Origin: Eledone cirrhosa
Taxonomy: Eukaryota
Reading direction: 5' to 3'
Length of the DNA stretch: 64,000 nt
Assembly: GCA_964016885.1 (NCBI GenBank)
Contig: OZ024743.1
Coordinates: 357,988,001-358,052,000, forward strand
Below the pieces are notes generated by a model. That model made no database searches. It was not told the origin of the DNA and worked only from the letters and a program-made list of their open reading frames with translations. The translations under genes were made by a program, and so were the position numbers. Shown here piece by piece: positions 7,464 through 17,453 of this stretch (position 1 is its first letter; each line of letters begins with the position of its first letter).

Positions 7464-10400
7464 ATGACCTCACTCAGAATAGGCAGCATAAATGCGCGTG
7501 GCTTGGGGTCGTCATGGAAGCAGGGTCACCTGCTCAACGACCTCAGGTCACTAAACATAGATGTAGTGGCCATCAGCGAGACCAGAATCTCCGAAGCACG
7601 GGCCTTCGCACCGATCTTCGGCGGCTACGATGTGTACGCATCTCCCAGCCGTCCTGGATCGGGTGGAGGAGTTGCTGTGCTTTTTCGGAGAGGTTTGGAT
7701 CTCGCCATACGGGCCATCTTCCTGGACCCAGAGGGTAAGCTGGTGGTGCTGGACGTGACCAGCGGAGACGGGCAAGCTTTCAGGCTAGTGGCCGTCTATG
7801 CCCCGACAGGAGCAGGGCGGCCTGATTTCTTCCGGCGTCTGGAGACCTTTCTTGGAACGTCGCGCTCTTTAGTGTTAGTGGGCGACTGGAACGGGATCTT
7901 AGATGCACGCTGGGACTGTGTGGGATTAGCGGATAGGGGTGGAGGGTGCAAGAGCCTCACCAACCTGCTCAGGCGTTTTGAACTGTCTGACAGGTACCGA
8001 TTGGATTTCCCGAATGTGCCAATGTGGACTTGGACAAACCGCATAGGGTCATCCAGATCATATCTAGATAGAGTATTTTGTAGGGAAATAGATAGGTCTA
8101 GCATAGGCTGTCCACAATTCAAGATAGTCAGCTACACGGACCACAAATTCGTGATCTGTGTGCTTGACTTAGATAGGCTTCATAGACGAGGACCCGGCTA
8201 CTGGAAGCTAAACGCGTCCTTACCAGCGCGCAAGGCCTACAGAGACCGGATTAGCGAACTAGTTAAGCGGGCGTTGACGGGGGCCATCGTCAACAACAAG
8301 TGGTGGTTTGCTCTGAAAAGAGCGATTAGAATAGAATCGATTAGGTTTAGTAAGGCTTTAGCAATAGAGAAAAATAGAGCAGAGGGAGAACTAGTTAGAA
8401 AATTAGACGAGGCGCTTAGCAAAGGCATTGCGACCGACGTGCTTGCGGCGAAATTGGCCCTTGACCAATTCTTCAATGCAAAGCACGAAGGCTGCGTTGT
8501 CAGAGCTAGGGTGCGTGCTCTCAGACACGAGGGGACGAAAGCCGTTCAATGGGCCCGAGTGGCGGAGGCGCGTCGTGGCAACAAAGCCACGATCCGGTCT
8601 TTGGTGGACCACGACGGGCGCATGCTACTCGATCCCGGGCAAATGTGTGAAGCTTTTCAGCGACACTTCGCTCAGCTGTTCGGGGGCAGCGGGGGGCCGG
8701 GTAGAGGGATGGACTTTAGTGTCTACCTCGACGGACTGCCGCGGCTCTCGGCCACTGAGGCGAAGTGTTGCGAAAAGCCGATAACAGCCGCTGAAGTAAG
8801 GGAGGCAATGACTGGCTGCACAAGGGGTAAATCGCCTGGTTTGGATGGTCTGCCCTATGAACTTTACGTACAGATGCCAGACTTGTTCGGAGGCCTCTTG
8901 GCGGACGTCTACTGCAACTGGCAACAGAACGGGAGAATTCCCAGTTCTGTGAGCCGAGGAGCGGTGGCACTGCTGAGAAAGGATCCGAACAAGGGGGATA
9001 ACATAGACAATTTCCGGCCCATAACTCTGCTAAACACAGAGTTTAAGATTTTGGCCAAGGTGCTAGCAAAGAGGTTGGCGCTTGTCGTTGGTGGTCTGGT
9101 GGGAGAGGCGCAGACATGCGCCATTCCCGACAGATCCATCCACGACAACCTCCACCTCATGCGATACATCGTAGAGAGGGTAGCTAGGGAACCTGGCACG
9201 GGTGGGTCCTTGATCAATTTAGATCAGTCGAAAGCTTTCGATAGGGTCGACCATCGTTACCTAGCGGCAGTCCTGAGGGCGGCTGGCTTTGGGCCCGTCT
9301 TCAGAGGCTGGATCGCTGCCATGCACAGCGACATCTGCTCTGTGGTGAGAGTGAACGGTCACCTGTCGGAACCGTTCAACATCATGCGCTCGGTCCGCCA
9401 AGGATGTCCCCTCTCGTCCCTCTTGTACGTATTGACTCTCGAGCCATTACTGCACAAACTGGAGACGTTGAGGGGAGTCCCGCGCGAACTAGGATGCGGA
9501 AGATCCGTGTCAGCATATGCGGACGATGTCACCGTAGTGGTGTCGAACGCCAAACACATCGAGGCGATCGGCACTACACTAAGAGAATACGAAGCGGTGA
9601 CAGGAGCAATGATCAACCAGGAAAAGTCAGTGGGCCTGCAGCTCGGCACCTGGAGAGGCAGGTCCATGCCGTCCAACAGCGTCGTCGGGCGCTGGACGGA
9701 CGGACCGGTTAAATTGCTAGGGGTCTGGTTCGGTCCGGACCTCCAGACGGACAAAAACTGGGACGAGGTGACGAGCAGGGTGGCTTCTCTCACCCAGAAA
9801 TGGGCGGAGAGGAAGCTATCCCTGAAAGGTCGAGCGGAGGTGGCTAACGCGTACATCGCGTCTGTCATCTGCTACCGCCTAACCGTCGTACCTTGTCCTA
9901 AGCCTCGCCTGACTGCGCTGGAGCGTTTGCTCTTTCGCTTTTTGTGGAAGGGACGTGCTCCGATGGTCAGGCGGTCCATCTGTTGTCAACACCCGCTACG
10001 TGGAGGGCTGGGCATGCCGTGGCTGATGATGCGCAGGCACGCGCTCAGGCTACGACATCTCCACCTCTTCCTCGACGGTGATCAGGTGTGGTCGCCGTTT
10101 GCTAGACGCGTTTTTCCCCAGCTCGTTTCCTTGACGGAGCTGCAGTCCTGGGTCAAGCGAAGACCGAGAGGGAGCGCCTGGAGACTGGAATGTCTTCAGG
10201 CGCTCACAGCCCTCGACCAATCGGGCAATGTGATCGGTGGAAACTCCACCTCGGCGTTCTATAGAGGATTAGTGGAGGGGAAGAGCGACGACGTACTTGG
10301 GGAAACTCTAGGCGTCGACGAAAATCAACTAGCCAATCTCTTCGGAAGAACCTTCGGGCCAGGGCCTATGGACAACTTCCAGAAATCTCTGGCCTGGCAG

Positions 10401-10883
10401 TGCTACCGAGGAGCCTTGCCAGTTCGGGATAAACTCTACAGGCATGGAGGTGCCGTCAGCCGGGCATGTCCGAGATGCGCGCAGGGCGACGAAACCGTCC
10501 TGCACGCACTCGTCCAGTGTCCGAAAATTGCTGACTTGTGGGTTTATGTCGAACACCTGCTGTCGCGTTTAGGACGGATCCAGCTATCATCTGAGTCTAT
10601 CGTGAGGATTGCCCCGCCCTCCTCCTTTAGCCGGGAAGGGCAGGCAGTTTTTATCTGTCTGGTGGCCATGGCGAAAGAGATAGTATGGTGGACACGTTTG
10701 AAAGGGCTGAAGACGAGCACTTACCTCTTCGGTGATGCTCTGATTGACTTTTTCAAATTTCATTTGAAAAGGAAAATCAGAGTAGAGAAGGAAGTGCTCT
10801 CTTCCCAGCATTTTGTTGAAAGATGGGTGAGAGAAGCAAGAATGGCCCGAGTGAATGGGCCGACTCTGAGTATATATCTGTAA
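7464..10883 (+). CDS. ORF2 APE-RT-zinc finger (1139 aa)
   Basis: Motifs as in copy 1; zinc finger at 10467-10520. Confidence 0.98.
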   Translation: MTSLRIGSINARGLGSSWKQGHLLNDLRSLNIDVVAISETRISEARAFAPIFGGYDVYASPSRPGSGGGVAVLFRRGLDLAIRAIFLDPEGKLVVLDVTSGDGQAFRLVAVYAPTGAGRPDFFRRLETFLGTSRSLVLVGDWNGILDARWDCVGLADRGGGCKSLTNLLRRFELSDRYRLDFPNVPMWTWTNRIGSSRSYLDRVFCREIDRSSIGCPQFKIVSYTDHKFVICVLDLDRLHRRGPGYWKLNASLPARKAYRDRISELVKRALTGAIVNNKWWFALKRAIRIESIRFSKALAIEKNRAEGELVRKLDEALSKGIATDVLAAKLALDQFFNAKHEGCVVRARVRALRHEGTKAVQWARVAEARRGNKATIRSLVDHDGRMLLDPGQMCEAFQRHFAQLFGGSGGPGRGMDFSVYLDGLPRLSATEAKCCEKPITAAEVREAMTGCTRGKSPGLDGLPYELYVQMPDLFGGLLADVYCNWQQNGRIPSSVSRGAVALLRKDPNKGDNIDNFRPITLLNTEFKILAKVLAKRLALVVGGLVGEAQTCAIPDRSIHDNLHLMRYIVERVAREPGTGGSLINLDQSKAFDRVDHRYLAAVLRAAGFGPVFRGWIAAMHSDICSVVRVNGHLSEPFNIMRSVRQGCPLSSLLYVLTLEPLLHKLETLRGVPRELGCGRSVSAYADDVTVVVSNAKHIEAIGTTLREYEAVTGAMINQEKSVGLQLGTWRGRSMPSNSVVGRWTDGPVKLLGVWFGPDLQTDKNWDEVTSRVASLTQKWAERKLSLKGRAEVANAYIASVICYRLTVVPCPKPRLTALERLLFRFLWKGRAPMVRRSICCQHPLRGGLGMPWLMMRRHALRLRHLHLFLDGDQVWSPFARRVFPQLVSLTELQSWVKRRPRGSAWRLECLQALTALDQSGNVIGGNSTSAFYRGLVEGKSDDVLGETLGVDENQLANLFGRTFGPGPMDNFQKSLAWQCYRGALPVRDKLYRHGGAVSRACPRCAQGDETVLHALVQCPKIADLWVYVEHLLSRLGRIQLSSESIVRIAPPSSFSREGQAVFICLVAMAKEIVWWTRLKGLKTSTYLFGDALIDFFKFHLKRKIRVEKEVLSSQHFVERWVREARMARVNGPTLSIYL

Positions 10884-11146
10884 ACTAAAGGTGGAAAACT
10901 GGGAGAGGGCACTTGCCTTGGTGGTCAGGGTCATTGTGGCTTTTTACTGGGCTTTCTCCACAAATGTCCCTCCGAAGTCTCCCCCCTATTGGGGAATTTT
11001 TCATTGTTATTTTCATTGTTATTTTTGTTACATCCTCTATTTTTGTTTTTTTTACACGCAGAAATGCCCATTTGTACCGTCCTGCATTGTCCTGCACTGT
11101 CCTTAATGTCTACTTTATGTAAACCCTTGTGGTTAATAAAGAAATC

Positions 11147-11170
11147 ATTATTATTATTATTATTATTATT
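11147..11170 (+). repeat. Junction 2 tract (ATT)8
   Basis: Read directly. Confidence 0.95.
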
Positions 11171-11383
11171 GAATGCCATGGTTGACGGAGGCTCGGCTCT
11201 GTAAGGTATAGTAATTTTTAACCGTTAAAACAATTGTAAATTGTTTAAAACTTGAACCAAATTGTTGATAAAGACACCCTCCTCCTCGTGAGAGGGGTCT
11301 TTCTGTCCGTTATTTGGCCCTTCGGGGTTAAATAGCCAGTTATTGGGGTTTTGTACCCAAAATTTCATTTTAAACAAAAAAAC

Positions 11384-13483
11384 ATGGCTACCAAAAAAAA
11401 AAAATTTCACACGTCACTCCCACTCATTCCGTCTTCTTCTTCCTCAATCATCACTACAGGAGAGAGAAGATTGTCTCTCTCCCTCCCTTCTTTAAATGTG
11501 TCTCTCTCCCTACCTTCTCTTTCGCAAGCGACGAAAGAAAAGAAAAGTCTCGTGCAAAGCGTGCAAGGTTTCTCCACGACGACGACGACAGCGACGAAAC
11601 AGGTGTGCGGGAAATACGAAAACCCAGTTCATTCGTCTGACGTCAGGAATAATAGCAGTAGCAGCCGTAATAACAACAGCAACAGTGACAATGAAAACAA
11701 CAGTAGCAGCCGCAACAGCATCACCAGCAGCATAAACAACAACAGCATTAGCAGCAGCAACACCAACAACAACCACAGCAACAGCGGCGGAGGCAGTAGT
11801 CGTAGTACCTGCAGCAACAACAAAAGTACCAGCAGCTCTGACGACAACAACAACAGCAGAGAAAAACCAATCTCATTTGCAGGTATTGCGAAAAACCTGG
11901 AAACAATCCTCATAACAAATGAGGAATTAGAGGAAGCGAAGAAGATGGTGACAAAGAACGGACACCGAGCAATCTGCAAGGCAGCGAAAAATTTTTTCGA
12001 AACCCAAGAGCACTGTACGGTCACGTACCGTACAGTAAGTACAAAATCCCGTAGGGTGGAAAGAGCCACAGAGGCCCAAATACAAAAAGCCTTGGGGTCT
12101 GTGTGGCAGAGGAAAACGCACATCACCCGAGGCAAAAAATACGCCACCGTAGACGTACTTTTTGCCACACCCCAGGAGGCAAAGGCCCAATCAGTAGTGA
12201 CCCTAAGGAGCGAGGAAATGGTGTTGGTGCCCTCCTACTGCGGGCAAAAAATTGTGAGGGTCAAACTGACCCACGTCCCCCCCGGAATGACCCCTTCTTG
12301 GCTGGCCGCGTCTGTCCTCGTCGGAATCGAGGACAAAACAACTGTACTGCAAGTACAGAAAAAAGTAAGAGAAGATTGGGTCGGCTCCTCCATTGAGATG
12401 CTAATCCAAACCAACCAGGAGTGCATCGAAGCTATCCCGGATGTGATAGACTTCGATAACGGCACTCAACTGCCCATAAGTGTTGAGGGCAAACGCCCGA
12501 AATGCTTTCGCTGTGGATCGAAGACTCACCTCAGGGCCTTCTGCAACGAGAAGACCCTGAGAAAGGAGAAAACCCCCCTCCTCCCGAATCCGGTTCCACG
12601 GCTACCAGCAACAGGACAAGCGGCAACCAGGAACGATAGGTCCGTGGCACCCATACCCACTCCACGGAAATCAAAGACAGCAGCAGCAGTGGAAATATTA
12701 ACAACAACAACAGCAATACCAAATGCAGCTGCAACAGAGACTCCAGTGCAAACATCACCAACAACAACAAGTGAAAGAGTGGAGCTGGTACCCCTCCCCG
12801 ACCTTACAGAATCAGACATGGAGTGTGAGGTGGGAGAGGGATGGCAAAAGGTCTCAAGAAGGCACAAACGCAGAAGCAGCGCATCGTCGCCTTTGAAAAG
12901 GGAGGAAAGAAATGAGAAAAGGGTAAAGTCTACTGCAAAGAGACCCACAGCAGCAACACCACCAACACCATCACCACCCACACCAGCACCACCATCACCA
13001 CCGGCGACAACCCCACCGCCAACAACACCTTCAACACCACCACCACAAGCACCAACATCGCAAACACAACAACAAAACACACACACCCAGCAACAACGAC
13101 AAGAAAATAGCAGAACCACACCCCACCCCCAGAAAAACAAATGCACGGCAATAAACACACACAACAAGAAACTAATGACTTACATAATTGAACACACAGA
13201 CATTTCACAACAGGACTACATAATACCAGCACCAATCAAAACGCCAACTAACATAAGACTGCTAAAAATAGCACAGAAACAATACACAAACATTAAAACG
13301 AAATTCCCCAACGCAGTTGGTGATTTCAGGGACCTAGGAGGAACCATTAATCGAAGAGTATATTCAGACATTCTCTTAGAAGAGCCGACGACCAGCCGAA
13401 GGGACGATTCAACGGTCCCTTCACCAGACGATCAAGTGAAAAGGGATGTAAAAACCATCCCTCCTCTACCAAAAATACGGTAA
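11384..13483 (+). CDS. ORF1 (699 aa)
   Basis: Near-identical to copy 2 ORF1. Confidence 0.9.
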   Translation: MATKKKKFHTSLPLIPSSSSSIITTGERRLSLSLPSLNVSLSLPSLSQATKEKKSLVQSVQGFSTTTTTATKQVCGKYENPVHSSDVRNNSSSSRNNNSNSDNENNSSSRNSITSSINNNSISSSNTNNNHSNSGGGSSRSTCSNNKSTSSSDDNNNSREKPISFAGIAKNLETILITNEELEEAKKMVTKNGHRAICKAAKNFFETQEHCTVTYRTVSTKSRRVERATEAQIQKALGSVWQRKTHITRGKKYATVDVLFATPQEAKAQSVVTLRSEEMVLVPSYCGQKIVRVKLTHVPPGMTPSWLAASVLVGIEDKTTVLQVQKKVREDWVGSSIEMLIQTNQECIEAIPDVIDFDNGTQLPISVEGKRPKCFRCGSKTHLRAFCNEKTLRKEKTPLLPNPVPRLPATGQAATRNDRSVAPIPTPRKSKTAAAVEILTTTTAIPNAAATETPVQTSPTTTSERVELVPLPDLTESDMECEVGEGWQKVSRRHKRRSSASSPLKREERNEKRVKSTAKRPTAATPPTPSPPTPAPPSPPATTPPPTTPSTPPPQAPTSQTQQQNTHTQQQRQENSRTTPHPQKNKCTAINTHNKKLMTYIIEHTDISQQDYIIPAPIKTPTNIRLLKIAQKQYTNIKTKFPNAVGDFRDLGGTINRRVYSDILLEEPTTSRRDDSTVPSPDDQVKRDVKTIPPLPKIR

Positions 13484-13518
13484 GTGGTCTTTCCCATCTT
13501 TTCCACTCTATTTTAAAC

Positions 13519-16500
13519 ATGACCTCACTCAGAATAGGCAGCATAAATGCGCGTGGCTTGGGGTCGTCATGGAAGCAGGGTCACCTGCTCAACGACCTCA
13601 GGTCACTAAACATAGATGTAGTGGCCATCAGCGAGACCAGAATCTCCGAAGCACGGGCCTTCGCACCGATCTTCGGCGGCTACGATGTGTACGCATCTCC
13701 CAGCCGTCCTGGATCGGGTGGAGGAGTTGCTGTGCTTTTTCGGAGAGGTTTGGATCTCGCCATACGGGCCATCTTCCTGGACCCAGAGGGTAAGCTGGTG
13801 GTGCTGGACGTGACCAGCGGAGACGGGCAAGCTTTCAGGCTAGTGGCCGTCTATGCCCCGACAGGAGCAGGGCGGCCTGATTTCTTCCGGCGTCTGGAGA
13901 CCTTTCTTGGAACGTCGCGCTCTTTAGTGTTAGTGGGCGACTGGAACGGGATCTTAGATGCACGCTGGGACTGTGTGGGATTAGCGGATAGGGGTGGAGG
14001 GTGCAAGAGCCTCACCAACCTGCTCAGGCGTTTTGAACTGTCTGACAGGTACCGATTGGATTTCCCGAATGTGCCAATGTGGACTTGGACAAACCGCATA
14101 GGGTCATCCAGATCATATCTAGATAGAGTATTTTGTAGGGAAATAGATAGGTCTAGCATAGGCTGTCCACAATTCAAGATAGTCAGCTACACGGACCACA
14201 AATTCGTGATCTGTGTGCTTGACTTAGATAGGCTTCATAGACGAGGACCCGGCTACTGGAAGCTAAACGCGTCCTTACCAGCGCGCAAGGCCTACAGAGA
14301 CCGGATTAGCGAACTAGTTAAGCGGGCGTTGACGGGGGCCATCGTCAACAACAAGTGGTGGTTTGCTCTGAAAAGAGCGATTAGAATAGAATCGATTAGG
14401 TTTAGTAAGGCTTTAGCAATAGAGAAAAATAGAGCAGAGGGAGAACTAGTTAGAAAATTAGACGAGGCGCTTAGCAAAGGCATTGCGACCGACGTGCTTG
14501 CGGCGAAATTGGCCCTTGACCAATTCTTCAATGCAAAGCACGAAGGCTGCGTTGTCAGAGCTAGGGTGCGTGCTCTCAGACACGAGGGGACGAAAGCCGT
14601 TCAATGGGCCCGAGTGGCGGAGGCGCGTCGTGGCAACAAAGCCACGATCCGGTCTTTGGTGGACCACGACGGGCGCATGCTACTCGATCCCGGGCAAATG
14701 TGTGAAGCTTTTCAGCGACACTTCGCTCAGCTGTTCGGGGGCAGCGGGGGGCCGGGTAGAGGGATGGACTTTAGTGTCTACCTCGACGGGCTGCCGCGGC
14801 TCTCGGCCACTGAGGCGAGGTGTTGCGAAAAGCCGATAACAGCCGCTGAAGTACGGGAGGCAATGACTGGCTGCACAAGGGGTAAATCGCCTGGTTTGGA
14901 TGGTCTGCCCTATGAACTTTACGTACAGATGCCAGACTTGTTCGGAGGCCTCTTGGCGGACGTCTACTGCAACTGGCAACAGAACGGGAGAATTCCCAGT
15001 TCTGTGAGCCGAGGAGCGGTGGCACTGCTGAGAAAGGATCCGAACAAGGGGGATAACATAGACAATTTCCGGCCCATAACTCTGCTAAACACAGAGTTTA
15101 AGATTTTGGCCAAGGTGCTAGCAAAGAGGTTGGCGCTTGTCGTTGGTGGTCTGGTGGGAGAGGCGCAGACATGCGCCATTCCCGACAGATCCATCCACGA
15201 CAACCTCCACCTCATGCGATACATCGTAGAGAGGGTAGCTAGGGAACCTGGCACGGGTGGGTCCTTGATCAATTTAGATCAGTCGAAAGCTTTCGATAGG
15301 GTCGACCATCGTTACCTAGCGGCAGTCCTGAGGGCGGCTGGCTTTGGGCCCGTCTTCAGAGGCTGGATCGCTGCCATGCACAGCGACATCTGCTCTGTGG
15401 TGAGAGTGAACGGTCACCTGTCGGAACCGTTCAACATCATGCGCTCGGTCCGCCAAGGATGTCCCCTCTCGTCCCTCTTGTACGTATTGACTCTCGAGCC
15501 ATTACTGCACAAACTGGAGACGTTGAGGGGAGTCCCGCGCGAACTAGGATGCGGAAGATCCGTGTCAGCATATGCGGACGATGTCACCGTAGTGGTGTCG
15601 AACGCCAAACACATCGAGGCGATCGGCACTACACTAAGAGAATACGAAGCGGTGACAGGAGCAATGATCAACCAGGAAAAGTCAGTGGGCCTGCAGCTCG
15701 GCACCTGGAGAGGCAGGTCCATGCCGTCCAACAGCGTCGTCGGGCGCTGGACGGACGGACCGGTTAAATTGCTAGGGGTCTGGTTCGGTCCGGACCTCCA
15801 GACGGACAAAAACTGGGACGAGGTGACGAGCAGGGTGGCTTCTCTCACCCAGAAATGGGCGGAGAGGAAGCTATCCCTGAAAGGTCGAGCGGAGGTGGCT
15901 AACGCGTACATCGCGTCTGTCATCTGCTACCGCCTAACCGTCGTACCTTGTCCTAAGCCTCGCCTGACTGCGCTGGAGCGTTTGCTCTTTCGCTTTTTGT
16001 GGAAGGGACGTGCTCCGATGGTCAGGCGGTCCATCTGTTGTCAACACCCGCTACGTGGAGGGCTGGGCATGCCGTGGCTGATGATGCGCAGGCACGCGCT
16101 CAGGCTACGACATCTCCACCTCTTCCTCGACGGTGATCAGGTGTGGTCGCCGTTTGCTAGACGCGTTTTTCCCCAGCTCGTTTCCTTGACGGAGCTGCAG
16201 TCCTGGGTCAAGCAAAGACCGAGAGGGAGCGCCTGGAGACTGGAATGTCTTCAGGCGCTCACAGCCCTCGACCAATCGGGCAATGTGATCGGTGGAAACT
16301 CCACCTCGGCGTTCTATAGAGGATTAGTGGAGGGGAAGAGCGACGACGTACTTGGGGAAACTCTAGGCGTCGACGAAAATCAACTAGCCAATCTCTTCGG
16401 AAGAACTTTCGGGCCAGGGCCTATGGACAACTTCCAGAAATCTCTGGCCTGGCAGTGCTACCGAGGAGCCTTGCCAGTTCGGGATAAACTCTACAGGCAT

Positions 16501-16938
16501 GGAGGTGCCGTCAGCCGGGCATGTCCGAGATGCGCGCAGGGCGACGAAACCGTCCTGCACGCACTCGTCCAGTGTCCGAAAATTGCTGACTTGTGGGTTT
16601 ATGTCGAACACCTGCTGTCGCGTTTAGGACGGATCCAGCTATCATCTGAGTCTATCGTGAGGATTGCCCCGCCCTCCTCCTTTAGCCGGGAAGGGCAGGC
16701 AGTTTTTATCTGTCTGGTGGCCATGGCGAAAGAGATAGTATGGTGGACACGTTTGAAAGGGCTGAAGACGAGCACTTACCTCTTCGGTGATGCTCTGATT
16801 GACTTTTTCAAATTTCATTTGAAAAGGAAAATCAGAGTAGAAAAGGAAGTGCTCTCTTCCCAGCATTTTGTTGAAAGATGGGTGAGAGAAGCAAGAATGG
16901 CCCGAGTGAATGGGCCGACTCTGAGTATATATCTGTAA
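13519..16938 (+). CDS. ORF2 APE-RT-zinc finger (1139 aa)
   Basis: Motifs as in copy 1. Confidence 0.98.
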   Translation: MTSLRIGSINARGLGSSWKQGHLLNDLRSLNIDVVAISETRISEARAFAPIFGGYDVYASPSRPGSGGGVAVLFRRGLDLAIRAIFLDPEGKLVVLDVTSGDGQAFRLVAVYAPTGAGRPDFFRRLETFLGTSRSLVLVGDWNGILDARWDCVGLADRGGGCKSLTNLLRRFELSDRYRLDFPNVPMWTWTNRIGSSRSYLDRVFCREIDRSSIGCPQFKIVSYTDHKFVICVLDLDRLHRRGPGYWKLNASLPARKAYRDRISELVKRALTGAIVNNKWWFALKRAIRIESIRFSKALAIEKNRAEGELVRKLDEALSKGIATDVLAAKLALDQFFNAKHEGCVVRARVRALRHEGTKAVQWARVAEARRGNKATIRSLVDHDGRMLLDPGQMCEAFQRHFAQLFGGSGGPGRGMDFSVYLDGLPRLSATEARCCEKPITAAEVREAMTGCTRGKSPGLDGLPYELYVQMPDLFGGLLADVYCNWQQNGRIPSSVSRGAVALLRKDPNKGDNIDNFRPITLLNTEFKILAKVLAKRLALVVGGLVGEAQTCAIPDRSIHDNLHLMRYIVERVAREPGTGGSLINLDQSKAFDRVDHRYLAAVLRAAGFGPVFRGWIAAMHSDICSVVRVNGHLSEPFNIMRSVRQGCPLSSLLYVLTLEPLLHKLETLRGVPRELGCGRSVSAYADDVTVVVSNAKHIEAIGTTLREYEAVTGAMINQEKSVGLQLGTWRGRSMPSNSVVGRWTDGPVKLLGVWFGPDLQTDKNWDEVTSRVASLTQKWAERKLSLKGRAEVANAYIASVICYRLTVVPCPKPRLTALERLLFRFLWKGRAPMVRRSICCQHPLRGGLGMPWLMMRRHALRLRHLHLFLDGDQVWSPFARRVFPQLVSLTELQSWVKQRPRGSAWRLECLQALTALDQSGNVIGGNSTSAFYRGLVEGKSDDVLGETLGVDENQLANLFGRTFGPGPMDNFQKSLAWQCYRGALPVRDKLYRHGGAVSRACPRCAQGDETVLHALVQCPKIADLWVYVEHLLSRLGRIQLSSESIVRIAPPSSFSREGQAVFICLVAMAKEIVWWTRLKGLKTSTYLFGDALIDFFKFHLKRKIRVEKEVLSSQHFVERWVREARMARVNGPTLSIYL

Positions 16939-17201
16939 ACTAAAGGTGGAAAACTGGGAGAGGGCACTTGCCTTGGTGGTCAGGGTCATTGTGGCTTTTT
17001 ACTGGGCTTTCTCCACAAATGTCCCTCCGAAGTCTCCCCCCTATTGGGGAATTTTTCATTGTTATTTTCATTGTTATTTTAGTTACATCCTCTGTTTTTG
17101 TTTTTTTTACACGCAGAAATGCCCATTTGTACCGTCCTGCATTGTCCTGCACTGTCCTTAATGTCTACTTTATGTAAACCCTTGTGGTTAATAAAGAAAT
17201 C

Positions 17202-17240
17202 ATTATTATTATTATTATTGTTATTATTATTATTATTATT
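17202..17240 (+). repeat. Junction 3 tract (ATT)6 GTT (ATT)6
   Basis: Read directly. Confidence 0.95.
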
Positions 17241-17453
17241 GAATGCCATGGTTGACGGAGGCTCGGCTCTGTAAGGTATAGTAATTTTTAACCGTTAAAA
17301 CAATTGTAAATTGTTTAAAACTTGAACCAAATTGTTGATAAAGACACCCTCCTCCTCGTGAGAGGGGTCTTTCTGTCCGTTATTTGGCCCTTCGGGGTTA
17401 AATAGCCAGTTATTGGGGTTTTGTACCCAAAATTTCATTTTAAACAAAAAAAC

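Larger units (their letters stand above)
5119..11170 (+). mobile_element. Tx1/L1-like non-LTR retrotransposon, copy 2 (full length)
   Basis: GAATGCC leader start after the ATT tract; ORF1, ORF2, 3' UTR, ATT tail. The exact boundary within the ATT tract is ambiguous. Confidence 0.95.
11171..17240 (+). mobile_element. Tx1/L1-like non-LTR retrotransposon, copy 3 (full length)
   Basis: Same organisation as copy 2. Confidence 0.95.
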
